DNA of 64,000 nucleotides, from the NCBI GenBank assembly GCA_963817895.1, contig CAWFQB010000003.1:640001-704000 (forward strand). The letters are read 5' to 3'. The notes beneath the pieces are model-generated. The model had not been told where the DNA came from. It made no database searches and was given only the letters and a program-made list of their open reading frames with translations. Of this stretch, positions 20,297-29,950 are shown one piece after another; the first letter of the stretch is position 1, and each line of letters begins with the position of its first letter. The stretch comes from an uncultured Chthonomonadaceae bacterium (GTDB taxonomy: Bacteria > Armatimonadota > Chthonomonadetes > Chthonomonadales > Chthonomonadaceae). The translations under genes were made by a program, and so were the position numbers.

Positions 20297-20425
20297 AATC
20301 TACTACCTCGCACATGAAAGATGCTCCATTATACCTGCCTTTTTCCTCATCGGTGGGCGGGGCGCCAGTCTATCAGAATAGTTTGGAGATTATGCAAAGT
20401 AGTAAAGCCACGGAAGGAGAACAAC

Positions 20426-20782
20426 ATGACGCTCGAAGAATTGCTGACAATCAACTTACGCGCAATCGTCCCCTACCCCGATGAGGTCAACGTGACCGCG
20501 ATCGTGCGAGGGCGATACCTCAGCCTTTATGCAGGCGTGGCGCGCGAGGACATGCCGCGTATGATCGGCAAAAACGGGAAGACGATCCAGGCGCTGCGCG
20601 TGCTTGCCAAGGCGGCCAATGACACGAAGATCAGGGTGTCGATCAAGACGAGGCGGCGCGGCCAGAGGATTACGAGGAGGCATGGGAGGAGGAGGAAGAG
20701 GAAGGAGAAGAGAATTAAATGCCTTCGTAGATGTGATTGGCGCAACCAATCACGTCTAATTCCTGTCAATACACTGATGTAA
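20426..20782 (+). CDS. KH-domain RNA-binding protein (KhpA-like); tail frame uncertain
   Basis: SD AAGGAG; IVPYPDEVNV and DMPRMIGKNGKTIQALR (GxxG loop); an alternative frame gives an acidic tail ending at 20718. Confidence 0.75.
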   Translation: MTLEELLTINLRAIVPYPDEVNVTAIVRGRYLSLYAGVAREDMPRMIGKNGKTIQALRVLAKAANDTKIRVSIKTRRRGQRITRRHGRRRKRKEKRIKCLRRCDWRNQSRLIPVNTLM

Positions 20783-20857
20783 CTGATACACGAGCAGGAA
20801 GTAGGATAAAACATCTATGGCTACATGCGATGATATGAATCTTTTGGAGCAGCATAA

Positions 20858-22408
20858 TTGGTTCACGAGTGCATTGCAAGCCCAGGGACGGGGCAAGTGG
20901 GCATTCCAAAACGGGATGTTGTCCTTGGTGGGGCCGCGCAGATCAGGCTGGATCGACGGCATCAGGTAGATATCAGACTGGAGGCGCAAGAAGTACCAGA
21001 GAGCGTTAGTTTCTTGGAAATTCTCACGAACGTTCGAGAGCTTGAGGCGCTAAGAGTCGAAACGCCTGATGGAGCTTATACGGCGTCAAGAACGGGATGC
21101 TCAGGAATGAGCGCATCCACTGAGGGGCGGCTTGAACTTACCCTGGGCCCCTCCATTTTGGAGTTTGTAGCATCTACCGAGCAATCATATTATTGGGTGA
21201 TGCCACTTTCAAATTTCATTCATCACTTTCTTCAGCAAGGAGAGATAATTGGGCAACATCCCTTACGTCTCAATCTCGAAGCTCGCATCGTTGAATTTTT
21301 ATGGCAGGGCAAGCCCGCATTCATCCAGCCGTTGCTGGACTATAGCCAGCGAAAGAAACTTCTCGAAAGTGGTGAAAGCCCGCATCTTTTGACAGCCCTT
21401 ATGGTTGGGGAAATCGGAGATAATCCTACGGATGTTGATGACCTTGAGACTTGGTTTCCATCTACCCTGTTGCGGGTGCTAGGATTTGCTACGGGGCATG
21501 ATGTGGCCGCGCCGTGGATCGAATTTCGTGATGCGGAAGGCAAGCTCGTCAAGCGTATCCATCGGGGTATGGGTGCGCCTGATTTCGACAAAGGGCGGCG
21601 CGTCATTGAAGAACACCCGCACCCTTTAACGGCGATCTTTGCGGCGGCAGAGCAGAATGTGCCTCTCACTGTCAAAGTCACTCAGAACCATTTGCGCATG
21701 TTGCTGGAAGCGGCTCAAAGAACGCCGTTTTGTCAGACGAGTACCTACTTCGTCTTGCTTCATCAGGCATTACTCGCTGGAACGTATGGAGGGCAGAAGT
21801 CAGATGAGCGATTGACCCTACTGTTTAGGGCGTTTGATTGCTTGTGCAAAGAGCATGACTTCAAAAAAATTGTCTGGCAGGATGATCTACAGGCCAACGA
21901 TAAAATAGAAGAAATGCGCATTCTAAGTGAAGCGAGCAAAGAAATCCGTGTGCTGGCTAAAGAGGCGGGAAAGCGAGGTGATAGTAAAGGAGTGACGGCT
22001 CTGGGGAAAATTGCACAAAGAGTAATGACGGCTGATCAAACAGACCGCGATTTCGGACGAGCCATGTCTATGCTAGTAGAACATTTCAAGTTCCACGACG
22101 AAGCCGTAATGGATGCTTACTTCGCGGCCAATCCGCTCTCGACTACATCAACTTGGGCAGGTGTCCTTAGCCTCTATCGGAACGCCGCCATTCATAATGG
22201 CTTCTTCGATACGAGTAACCCTGACTTCTCAACAGAGAAGTTACACTATATGAATGTGCATCTGCACGATTTGCTTGCGCGAATTTTGCTGGTGATGTCT
22301 GGTTATGACGGCCCATACCATCCGACTCCAAAGATATGGGTTGGTTCTCAGGATTACATTGACCGCATTCAGCCTGGTAGCCCCGCCATTGAATTAGGAT
22401 ACGAGTAG
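20858..22408 (+). CDS. HEPN-motif protein (ApeA-like architecture, putative RNase); true start possibly ATG 20817
   Basis: C-terminal RNAAIH (R-X4-H) preceded by the helical ERLTLLFRAFDCL segment; beta-rich N-terminal half; AT-richer codon usage. Confidence 0.55.
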   Translation: MVHECIASPGTGQVGIPKRDVVLGGAAQIRLDRRHQVDIRLEAQEVPESVSFLEILTNVRELEALRVETPDGAYTASRTGCSGMSASTEGRLELTLGPSILEFVASTEQSYYWVMPLSNFIHHFLQQGEIIGQHPLRLNLEARIVEFLWQGKPAFIQPLLDYSQRKKLLESGESPHLLTALMVGEIGDNPTDVDDLETWFPSTLLRVLGFATGHDVAAPWIEFRDAEGKLVKRIHRGMGAPDFDKGRRVIEEHPHPLTAIFAAAEQNVPLTVKVTQNHLRMLLEAAQRTPFCQTSTYFVLLHQALLAGTYGGQKSDERLTLLFRAFDCLCKEHDFKKIVWQDDLQANDKIEEMRILSEASKEIRVLAKEAGKRGDSKGVTALGKIAQRVMTADQTDRDFGRAMSMLVEHFKFHDEAVMDAYFAANPLSTTSTWAGVLSLYRNAAIHNGFFDTSNPDFSTEKLHYMNVHLHDLLARILLVMSGYDGPYHPTPKIWVGSQDYIDRIQPGSPAIELGYE

Positions 22409-22525
22409 TTGGGCTGATTTTCACATAACTAGCCTTGGTCGTTCGCCCCTATAGTCCTAATGGGGGCGAATGAACGTCACTCCCCTGTTTAGAAGTGTTT
22501 GCCCTAGCGTTAAGGCAAAAAAATC

Positions 22526-22554
22526 TTGACAAAACCGCGCCGATAACGCATAAT
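22526..22554 (+). promoter_or_regulatory. Promoter upstream of tRNA-Glu
   Basis: TTGACA-N17-CATAAT. Confidence 0.6.
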
Positions 22555-22662
22555 AATTCTCAGACACAATCTCACCACCAGATTGGAGGTGAGAACTGTG
22601 GGAAATAGAAGTTGACGGTTAGCACTAAATTCAATCTCGAAACAACCTGTTAATGGTAGTCA

Positions 22663-22734
22663 GGGGATATCGTCTAGCGGTCAGGACGGCGGGTTCTCAG
22701 CTCGTTAACCGGGGTTCGATTCCCCGTATCCCTA
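22663..22734 (+). tRNA. tRNA-Glu (anticodon CTC), CCA not encoded
   Basis: Cloverleaf: acceptor GGGGATA/TATCCCT, anticodon loop TTCTCAG, T-loop GGTTCGATTCC. Confidence 0.93.
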
Positions 22735-22922
22735 TAAAAATAAAGAGAAGTGAACGGTATGCGGCGCGGTCAGGAAACCCGGTTTTCTGGCCGCGTTTGC
22801 CATTCCTCCCAATGGTTCGTTTCGCGTCCTCCCCGCGTCACATTTTCTATTACGCATCGTCTAATCTCGTAACCCCACGGATTTTTGAACTTTTTTCTAC
22901 GCCCCATCCAGAGGAGAATTCG

Positions 22923-23837
22923 TTGAACTCAATCACACGACGGCAATTTTGCCAGACTGCCGGATTGCTGCTGCTCGGCGCTACAGCCGGAATCGGACTC
23001 GCCGCCTGCGGCAATGGAACCAACTCGGCTGTCACGCCGCAGGTCTTCGCCGCCCTGCGCGGCACACAGGAACGCCCCACCCAGGTAGCGACAGCCGCGA
23101 CCGGAGCGGCAACCGTCACGCAAAACAGCAACTCGCTGGGCGTGGACATCAGCACATCGAATCTTGTGGGCGTTACTTCGGTTCAGATTTGCGTTGGCAA
23201 GCCTGGCGCGAACGGCCCCGTGATTTTCACCCTGTACACCGCCTCCAATAACAGCAGTTTCCCCGGCAGCTTCCATAAAAATGTCACCGCATCGGACTTG
23301 CAGCCGCAGTCCGGCGCGGGCATCAACACGTACAGCGATGCGGTCAATGCCGTTGTGGTGACGGGCAACACCTACATCAATATCAGCACGCAGGCCAATC
23401 CCACCGGTGAACTGCGCGGGCAAATCGGCGCGGCCTCGTTCCAGGTGACGCCGACGGGAACTGCTGTCGTGCCTGCCGTGACCACAACGGCGACGGCAAC
23501 TGCGAATGTGCAGCTCAATTCCAAGCAGTCCGTGCTTGCCGTCACCGTCAGCAATACACAAAATTTGCCCAATGTGCGGCACATCGGCTTATACTACGCG
23601 CCCCTCGGCGGCAACGGCGCGGAACTGTTTACGATCTTCGACAGCAACGCGGACGGCGTGTTCCCCGGCTCCGCCACGCGCACCCTGACCGCAACCGATC
23701 TGTTAAAACAGACCAATAACGGCATTGCCACGTATGCCGATGCCATCAACGCCCTCCTGAGCGGCAACACCTACCTGCTCATCACCACCACCGCGCACAC
23801 CAACGGCGAACTGCGGGCGCAGTTGATAGCGGAGTAG
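22923..23837 (+). CDS. Tat-exported lipoprotein with two CHRD domains
   Basis: TRRQF Tat motif, lipobox LAAC; two GNTYI..T..(P/N)xGELR repeats. Confidence 0.82.
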   Translation: MNSITRRQFCQTAGLLLLGATAGIGLAACGNGTNSAVTPQVFAALRGTQERPTQVATAATGAATVTQNSNSLGVDISTSNLVGVTSVQICVGKPGANGPVIFTLYTASNNSSFPGSFHKNVTASDLQPQSGAGINTYSDAVNAVVVTGNTYINISTQANPTGELRGQIGAASFQVTPTGTAVVPAVTTTATATANVQLNSKQSVLAVTVSNTQNLPNVRHIGLYYAPLGGNGAELFTIFDSNADGVFPGSATRTLTATDLLKQTNNGIATYADAINALLSGNTYLLITTTAHTNGELRAQLIAE

Positions 23838-23936
23838 GTGTCAGGTGTCAGGTGTCAGGTAAATGCCTCTCTGCCTGTTCAGTTTAGTGGAACAGCAACA
23901 TTGCTCCTGACACCTGATACCTGACACCTGACACCT
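23836..23936. repeat. Inverted tandem heptamer hairpin (GGTGTCA/TGACACC)
   Basis: Fills the gap between two convergent stop codons. Confidence 0.9.
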
Positions 23937-24486
23937 ACTTCCCCTTCTCCATCGGGTCGTGATGCTCTGCACTGACATCGCCCACAAACTCTATCGGCAG
24001 ACAGTCCGCCGGATCCTCCGCGTCGTCTTTTTTGATGACGCTGATGCTGCCGTCGAGTTCCAGAATGGCGTAGCCCACATCACACAGATGCGCGATTCCC
24101 TGCTTGCGAATGGCGGAAAGCAGGTCGTTGCGCGATACGGACTGCTGCTTCATTACATCATTGTCAATATCCCCCATTTTGACCAGCAGAACCGGCTTGC
24201 CCTCCAGCAATACGCGGGCTTTGCGGCTGTGCGCTGTGATCCGGTTCAACGATCCAGCCAGAACAACCAGCGTGATCGCCCCGCCTATAGCCCCCAGAAC
24301 GCTGTTGTCGTTGCCGATAATCGCGTTCTGAACCACATTGGAAATCAGCAGGATAATGAGAAAGTCAAACAGCGTCGCCTGCGCCAGTTCCCGCTTGGAC
24401 GCAATGCGGAAGATAATCATCAGCGCCACATACACCATAATCGGGCGCAGCAATTTTTCCGGCCACGACACTTCCGGCAGCATCAT
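23935..24486 (-). CDS. DUF421/YetF membrane protein
   Basis: KRELAQATLFDF, LEGKPVLLV and AILELDGSISVI motifs. Confidence 0.88.
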   Translation of the reverse strand: MMLPEVSWPEKLLRPIMVYVALMIIFRIASKRELAQATLFDFLIILLISNVVQNAIIGNDNSVLGAIGGAITLVVLAGSLNRITAHSRKARVLLEGKPVLLVKMGDIDNDVMKQQSVSRNDLLSAIRKQGIAHLCDVGYAILELDGSISVIKKDDAEDPADCLPIEFVGDVSAEHHDPMEKGK

Positions 24487-24541
24487 CTGATGCCACCATT
24501 CGCCGGTGAAAGATTTTGGATTGGGAGGCAAGAAAGGCTCC

Positions 24542-25159
24542 TTACTTTGTCTGCGGCGGCAACTCGGCGCGTCGTAAGCACCATTCCAGCACCCAGGGCC
24601 ATTCGCCGTAGCCGTAATAGGGACTGATATGGCCCGCGCCTTTGAGCAAGTGAATGGGCGTTTCCAGTTTGGCCGCGTAGCCGCTGGTCTGGTCGAAAGT
24701 GGCGTAATCGTCCGTATCGGACGCCACAATAAACGTTTCGCGCGCAATGGCTTTGAGGGCGGCAGGATCGAGCGGCGGCGGGAAGAAGCCGACAACGCTG
24801 GGTGGCGCGTCGGGCGGCGGAGCCTGCGGCAAAACGTAGGGCGGGGCGACAAGCATCACGCGGTCGGCAATCTGTTTGCCGCCTGCGCCATTGGCGGCAG
24901 CGAAGTGCAGCCAGTTGATGCTTCCCAGGCTATGCGCCAACACGGTAAGGGGCGCATCCGGGGTTTGGCCGGCGATCTCGTCCAGTTCGCCGCGCAATCG
25001 CGTTTGCCAGGCGTCAAAATCGGGCGCGGTCGGATCGGGGAATTTCGGGTAGTGTACCCGCGCGCCCTCCGCTTTCAATTTGCCGACAAGGTGTTCCTGC
25101 CAGTGTTCGGGCTTGTTGCCGCCCCACCCGTGCAAGACTAAAAATACGTCGTTCGCCAT
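24542..25159 (-). CDS. RBBP9/YdeN-family alpha/beta hydrolase
   Basis: LHGWGG, HWQ, AHSLG nucleophile, SDTDDY and GAGHI motifs. Confidence 0.85.
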   Translation of the reverse strand: MANDVFLVLHGWGGNKPEHWQEHLVGKLKAEGARVHYPKFPDPTAPDFDAWQTRLRGELDEIAGQTPDAPLTVLAHSLGSINWLHFAAANGAGGKQIADRVMLVAPPYVLPQAPPPDAPPSVVGFFPPPLDPAALKAIARETFIVASDTDDYATFDQTSGYAAKLETPIHLLKGAGHISPYYGYGEWPWVLEWCLRRAELPPQTK

Positions 25160-25176
25160 GAGAACCTCCAAAGTCA

Positions 25177-25283
25177 AGGGAAGAGGGAAAAGGGAAAAGG
25201 ATACGCTTCTCTTCATCGTGTAATGTATAACGCGCTATTCACCAAATGGCAGGTTCTTTCCTCTTCCCTTTTCCCTCTTCCCT
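25177..25283. repeat. Inverted tandem heptamer hairpin (AGGGAAR)
   Basis: AGGGAAGAGGGAAAAGGGAAAAGG ... CCTCTTCCCTTTTCCCTCTTCCCT. Confidence 0.8.
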
Positions 25284-25286
25284 GTT

Positions 25287-26063
25287 TTATGGATAGGGAA
25301 ACAGCGGCGGCAGGTTGCAGAGATTGGTATTTCCCGAACTCTGGCAGCCGGGATAGGATTTGTCGCATATACGCGGGGTGGGGTAAGCGTGAATCAGGCT
25401 GCATCCCGTCAGGTCGCGACTGGCCCATATAGTGGCGGCCTGCAGCGGTTTGGCGTGGCCGTCGAAGAAGGTGGCGCTCATAAAACCCTGATGCCGCGTG
25501 GCGAAGTCCTTCATGCGCTTTGCGTCGGCGGGATCGGGCGACATATCGCCATCGTAGGCTTCCAGCCACTTTTCCGTCACGGCCTTGCCGGAAGCGTCCT
25601 TATCCCACTTTTCGCCGATGACAATAATGTCGGCGGGCGCGTTGATTTGCGACAGGGACAGCGACTCGGCGGCGACGGCGGCGACATACGAGCGCGGAAT
25701 GGTCGGATTGCCGCTCAAGTCCTGTTCCAGCGTGGGGCCGGGGTCGCTCGGACATCGGTAAACCGGATTGTTCTTGATATACGGCGCGATCTGGTTGAAC
25801 CACTGAAGTTCGGGGATTTTGGGTGTGGCTGTGTTAATGCGCGTATTGTCGGCATTGGCAGTCTGGCGGAAAAACAAACGCTCATCGTAATCCTGAATGT
25901 ACATTTGCAATCCCGTCCCGATCTGTTTCATGTTGGACAGGCAGGCGGTCTGACGCGCCTTTTCGCGCGCTTGCGCAAACACGGGGAAGAGAATAGCGGC
26001 GAGTATCGCTATAATCGCGATGACGACGAGCAGTTCAATCAGAGTAAAGCCTCTGCGTGCCAT
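25287..26063 (-). CDS. Prepilin-type N-terminal cleavage / DUF1559 protein with H-X9-DG motif
   Basis: [48 protein letters not shown] and [16 protein letters not shown]. Confidence 0.92.
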   Translation of the reverse strand: MARRGFTLIELLVVIAIIAILAAILFPVFAQAREKARQTACLSNMKQIGTGLQMYIQDYDERLFFRQTANADNTRINTATPKIPELQWFNQIAPYIKNNPVYRCPSDPGPTLEQDLSGNPTIPRSYVAAVAAESLSLSQINAPADIIVIGEKWDKDASGKAVTEKWLEAYDGDMSPDPADAKRMKDFATRHQGFMSATFFDGHAKPLQAATIWASRDLTGCSLIHAYPTPRICDKSYPGCQSSGNTNLCNLPPLFPYP

Positions 26064-26270
26064 AAAGTACCTCCTGCGAAACAAGTGAAGGCCCTCCCAT
26101 GCGGCGCGTTTATAGAAATTGGCGCGGCGGGAGACGCTTTCGGAGAGTTGCCGTGAGACGGCGGCATGAGGTACGATAATAGTGATAAGGGTGAGATCGT
26201 TTCTCATTCCGGTTCACGCTCCGGGCGTCGGCAAACGTCCGGGGCGGCTTCTCTGTTCGGCAAACATTGT

Positions 26271-26331
26271 ATATCCGACTAAATCAGTCGGATATTGAGC
26301 AAACTATACCCTGTCTAAAATTGAATGTCAA
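26271..26331 (-). promoter_or_regulatory. Promoter plus Rrf2/IscR type-1-like operator
   Basis: TTGACA-N17-TATAGT (26331-26303), followed by the perfect dyad ATATCCGACT-AAATC-AGTCGGATAT (26271-26295). Confidence 0.7.
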
Positions 26332-26497
26332 GGGTTTGTAACTAGTTTTAAGGCTGTCCTAAAAATAATGTCAAGCCTTCAGCCATGAGAGTTGCTGAAG
26401 GCAGGGGTTCAACGCGCTTTTTAGTGACTTGTGGCAGTGACGAACAAGGGAGAGAGTGGCAATGGCGGCTAAATCTGCTGAGAGGATAATATATTTT

Positions 26498-27725
26498 ATG
26501 CGCGGGATGCGGCGTTATTTAGCGGCACTGGCGGCCTGCGGTTTTGCCGCGTCAGGCTTTACGGGGTGCAGAACTATGAGCGCGGCGACGGGAGAAACGC
26601 TGTCTGGCGCGACTGCTTTCTCCACTCCGACTGTTCCCGCCGTTGCCGAAAACATGGAGGGCGATAAAGCGCCGGTTGCTCTCAGCCCAGGCCTTGTCGA
26701 GATTGCTCCTGAGGAGTTGAAAAAATACAGTCAGGTTGCGGCGATCAGCGATGTACACGGACACTATCTGAATGCGCTGCATCTGCTGCAAAAAGCGCAG
26801 ATTGTGGATGCGGGTGGCAAATGGATGGGGGATAAGACCCTGCTGGTCGTGATCGGCAACTCCATAGATAAAGGGCCGTCGAGTCTGCCCCTGCTGCGCT
26901 GCTGGCTGGATTTGCGGACGCAGGCGGAAAAAGCGGGCGGGCGCGTTCTGGTATTGTTGGGCAACCACGAGGCGGAATTTCTGGCGGACACGACCGGAAA
27001 GCGATTGTCGCCGGACATCAAGCGGGAACTGGACGCGGAGAGCATGACCCGCGAACAATTGGCGGGCGACGCGCCCGATCCCGAAAGGCTACAAACTCGG
27101 AACCTTTTTGCGCCAGATGCCGCTTGGCGCGAAAATCGGAACCTGGCTGTTCTGTCACGCGGGCTGGCCCCCCGACCCGCAAAGCGTTGCCCCGACAAAA
27201 TCCACGCCGACGGCGCTGTGGGCGGCGTGGAAAGCCCAATCGCAAAAGCAGGACTACGCCGCATTAACGCAGGAGGGCGAACAGGGCAAGGCCGGATCGG
27301 AATATGGGGTGCTGGAAAAGAAATTTGTGGGCGAGGGCGGCAATGTGGAATTGCAGGACGAGGGCGCGGCAAAGTGGTGGGAAAGCGAGCAAGAGGTCGG
27401 GCGACTGCTGACGCGATTGGATGAGTACGGGTTCACGGGCGTCGTATTCGGGCATCAGCCCGCCGCGTTCGGTCTTAAAGACGCGGTGGGGCCGTACACA
27501 AACCCGCAAACCAACGCGACCAATTATCGCCTGCTGAAAATTGACAGCGGCATGGCAACGGCTTCCTACGATGGCCTGCAAGACGGAAAGCAGCCCCGCA
27601 ACGCCGGACACATGCTGCTGTTCAAGAACGTCTCTGTCCTGTCACAATCGCTGGAAAATTTCAAAACGGATGCGCCATTACCCGGATTACAAACCGTAGC
27701 GAATGTTGAGGACGCGACAAAGTAG
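26498..27725 (+). CDS. Calcineurin-like metallophosphoesterase (Shelphs-like), probable lipoprotein (frameshifted)
   Basis: SDVHG, GNSIDKG, LGNHE, FCHAG, FGHQ and IDSGM motifs across two frames. Confidence 0.8.
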
Positions 27726-27770
27726 GATGAAGGGAGAAGAAATTGGAGCATACTTATCTGAATGTCGACT

Positions 27771-28112
27771 TTAGCGTGGATTGTGTTGCTTCCGCCTGCC
27801 CTGCCACAGTGCAAAGCAACTGATCAGGAGGATTGTTGCCAGAAGAAAACTCATTGTCATGAGAATATCAGCCCAAAGCAACGAGACTGTAAAGAAGGTT
27901 GCGTTTGCTCCACGTATATCCACAGGCGTTTTCAGATTCCCTCTGTTTTCTACACAGTGGAAGACAGGCGCGGCAATCCACACGCCCATAAATAAGAACC
28001 AGAGTGCCCAACGAATTATCTGCTGAAAGTTGTCATCCAGCCAGGTGGCGTACCGGCTTGATAGTCCCTCCGAAGGCGCATGGTTAGATTGTGAATTGAG
28101 TACTCTTGCCAT
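27771..28112 (-). CDS. Hypothetical membrane protein
   Basis: Two hydrophobic segments; follows the upstream gene in the same orientation. Confidence 0.5.
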   Translation of the reverse strand: MARVLNSQSNHAPSEGLSSRYATWLDDNFQQIIRWALWFLFMGVWIAAPVFHCVENRGNLKTPVDIRGANATFFTVSLLWADILMTMSFLLATILLISCFALWQGRRKQHNPR

Positions 28113-28133
28113 CTCTCATCCTTGCTTACTCTC

Positions 28134-28601
28134 TCACTCCGTCCCCACAGACGCCCGCACAAGTTGCTCAGGCGGCGTCTCCTTCCCCTCTGCGGTGGCG
28201 CGTAACAACACGCCCTCTTGTGCCTGCAACGGTTCCTCAGATGCGCGTACCAGGGTTTGACGGTCGGGAAGCCCTCCTATGTTGGTGTTTGTGAGATAGA
28301 AAGACGGGTTACGTTCCGTGACAATCTTCTTGCGCGTTGTGGAAATGGAGAACCATATTATGGGGAAGAACATGCAGAGGGCAATCAAGACCACCTCGGT
28401 AAGGTGCCTCAACGCTATCGCATTCACGAGAAAAGCGGAAAGAGCCGCCCCGATACAAAGGGAGATGTTGACCGTTACTGCCCATTGAACAATGAGCGTG
28501 TTCCAGGTCAGCGCCTCTTTGTTTTCAGAGCAATATACCAGTCCCGTCTGTTTGCGACCCGGTATTTTACTCACAATCCGTTTGCCCGTTTCTGGCTCCA
28601 T
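28134..28601 (-). CDS. Hypothetical membrane protein with triple L[L/V]RA tail
   Basis: Two TM segments; tail TLVRAS..VLLRAT..EQLVRAS. Confidence 0.65.
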   Translation of the reverse strand: MEPETGKRIVSKIPGRKQTGLVYCSENKEALTWNTLIVQWAVTVNISLCIGAALSAFLVNAIALRHLTEVVLIALCMFFPIIWFSISTTRKKIVTERNPSFYLTNTNIGGLPDRQTLVRASEEPLQAQEGVLLRATAEGKETPPEQLVRASVGTE

Positions 28602-28643
28602 CCCCGCACACTCCTGTTCGCTTTTCTATATCTGAACTTGTGC

Positions 28644-29284
28644 CTAGAAAGACTGCACTATCCCTGTATGCTCTTTTTCAGAAATCCCACTTGTCCAGTA
28701 GCGTATTTTCCTTTTCTCTATCCAATGTGCTTTGGAAATTCCCAACTTGTGGGATAATAGCAAGCCAGCAATATCTATGTGCTTAAGGCCACTGCGCTTC
28801 CAATCACCGGTGCCCGGGATGTAACGCCTCGGAACAGGCACAGGCAAAACGTACAACCTGCCGCTTCTTCATATCCACGCCTCCCTGCGACCTGGCTCCA
28901 CAGAATAATAGCCTTTTACCATCCGGCGACCATTCGAAGTTCCCAAATTCCTTCTAAATCTGCGAAAGGCGCAATATAATCGTAGAGGCGCGGCTTCTTT
29001 CCAATCTGCCAGAGAAGCAAACGAAAATACCCCTCAGAATTATCTTTAAGGGGTTTGTCAAGGATGAGGGCTAAAGCGCGATGGTGCATCAACCAGGCAA
29101 CCGCATGAACATAGGATGTTGTACCCTGCCATACGGTCCTGTGGGTTTTCTTATGGACAAGCTCCACTTTGAGTTTATCTGGTTGAATTTCATGCTGAAT
29201 CAGTTCATAGCTATCTGCGCGTACTTGTGTGTTCATGCAAGGCGTCAGAAAAGATAAACCAATGCCGCAGCATACTGGAAACAT
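28644..29284 (-). CDS. Hypothetical secreted protein (probably one frameshifted gene)
   Basis: SD AGAGG, signal-like N-terminus; ORFs 28916..29284 and 28644..28856 are consecutive; AT-richer. Confidence 0.4.
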
Positions 29285-29328
29285 GGTAATCCTCTAAACC
29301 ATGCCTGATCATGGCTCAGACAAACAAT

Positions 29329-29832
29329 TTACTCCCGATTGACGAACTGGCGGCGGGTTTCGCGCTCCTGATCGCGCTCGGCGATGCTTTCGCGCTTGTC
29401 GTAAGTTTCTTGCCCTTTGCCAGAGCGATCTCCAGTTTGGCGAAGCCGCGCTGGAAGTACAGCGCGAGCGGCACAATCGTCAGCCCTTTTTGCTCGGATT
29501 TCGTCCGCAGTTCCTGCACCTGCCACTTGTGCAGCAGCAGTTTGCGCTTGCGCTTCGCCTCGACTGTACTGGCCGGTTGCCCTGCTCGTACGGCGTGATG
29601 TTCATGTTGTACAGCCACACCTCATCGTTCTCGATCCGGCAAAACGAGATCCACGAAGTTCAGCCGCCCCGCCCGCAGCGACTTCACTTCCACGCCGACC
29701 AGCACCATGCCCGCGTCATACGTGTCTTCGATTTCGTATTCGTGGCGGGCGCGGCGGTTGACCGAAATCATTTTTCTCGCATTGTTATCGCCGCTGCGCG
29801 CTCTTTTTGTCCGCAGTTTTATCCTTCATCAT
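29329..29832 (-). CDS. smpB: SsrA-binding protein (frameshifted)
   Basis: [42 protein letters not shown] and GKK..DKRE motifs. Confidence 0.92.
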
Positions 29833-29840
29833 GCTGTGAA

Positions 29841-29950
29841 GGGAGTAGGGAGAAGGGAGTAGGGAGTAGGCTCATTCTTCTATGAAATCTTTGCTTTCAC
29901 TGCAAAATTATCACGAGAATAGCCTTTTCCTCTCCCTACTCCCTACTCCC
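29841..29950. repeat. Inverted tandem heptamer hairpin (AGTAGGG)
   Basis: Arms 29841-29870 and 29929-29950. Confidence 0.85.

Noticed and set aside
17700..22734. Prophage/ICE integrated at tRNA-Glu
   Set aside because: The island lies 5' of the tRNA, no duplicated tRNA fragment was found, and there are no integrase or phage genes.
22653..22922. N-terminal extension of the CHRD protein in the ORF track
   Set aside because: It runs through the tRNA-Glu gene; the real start is TTG 22923 with an SD and Tat signal.
29284..29950. tmRNA next to smpB
   Set aside because: No tRNA-like GGGG..TCCACCA ends or tag reading frame were recognised.
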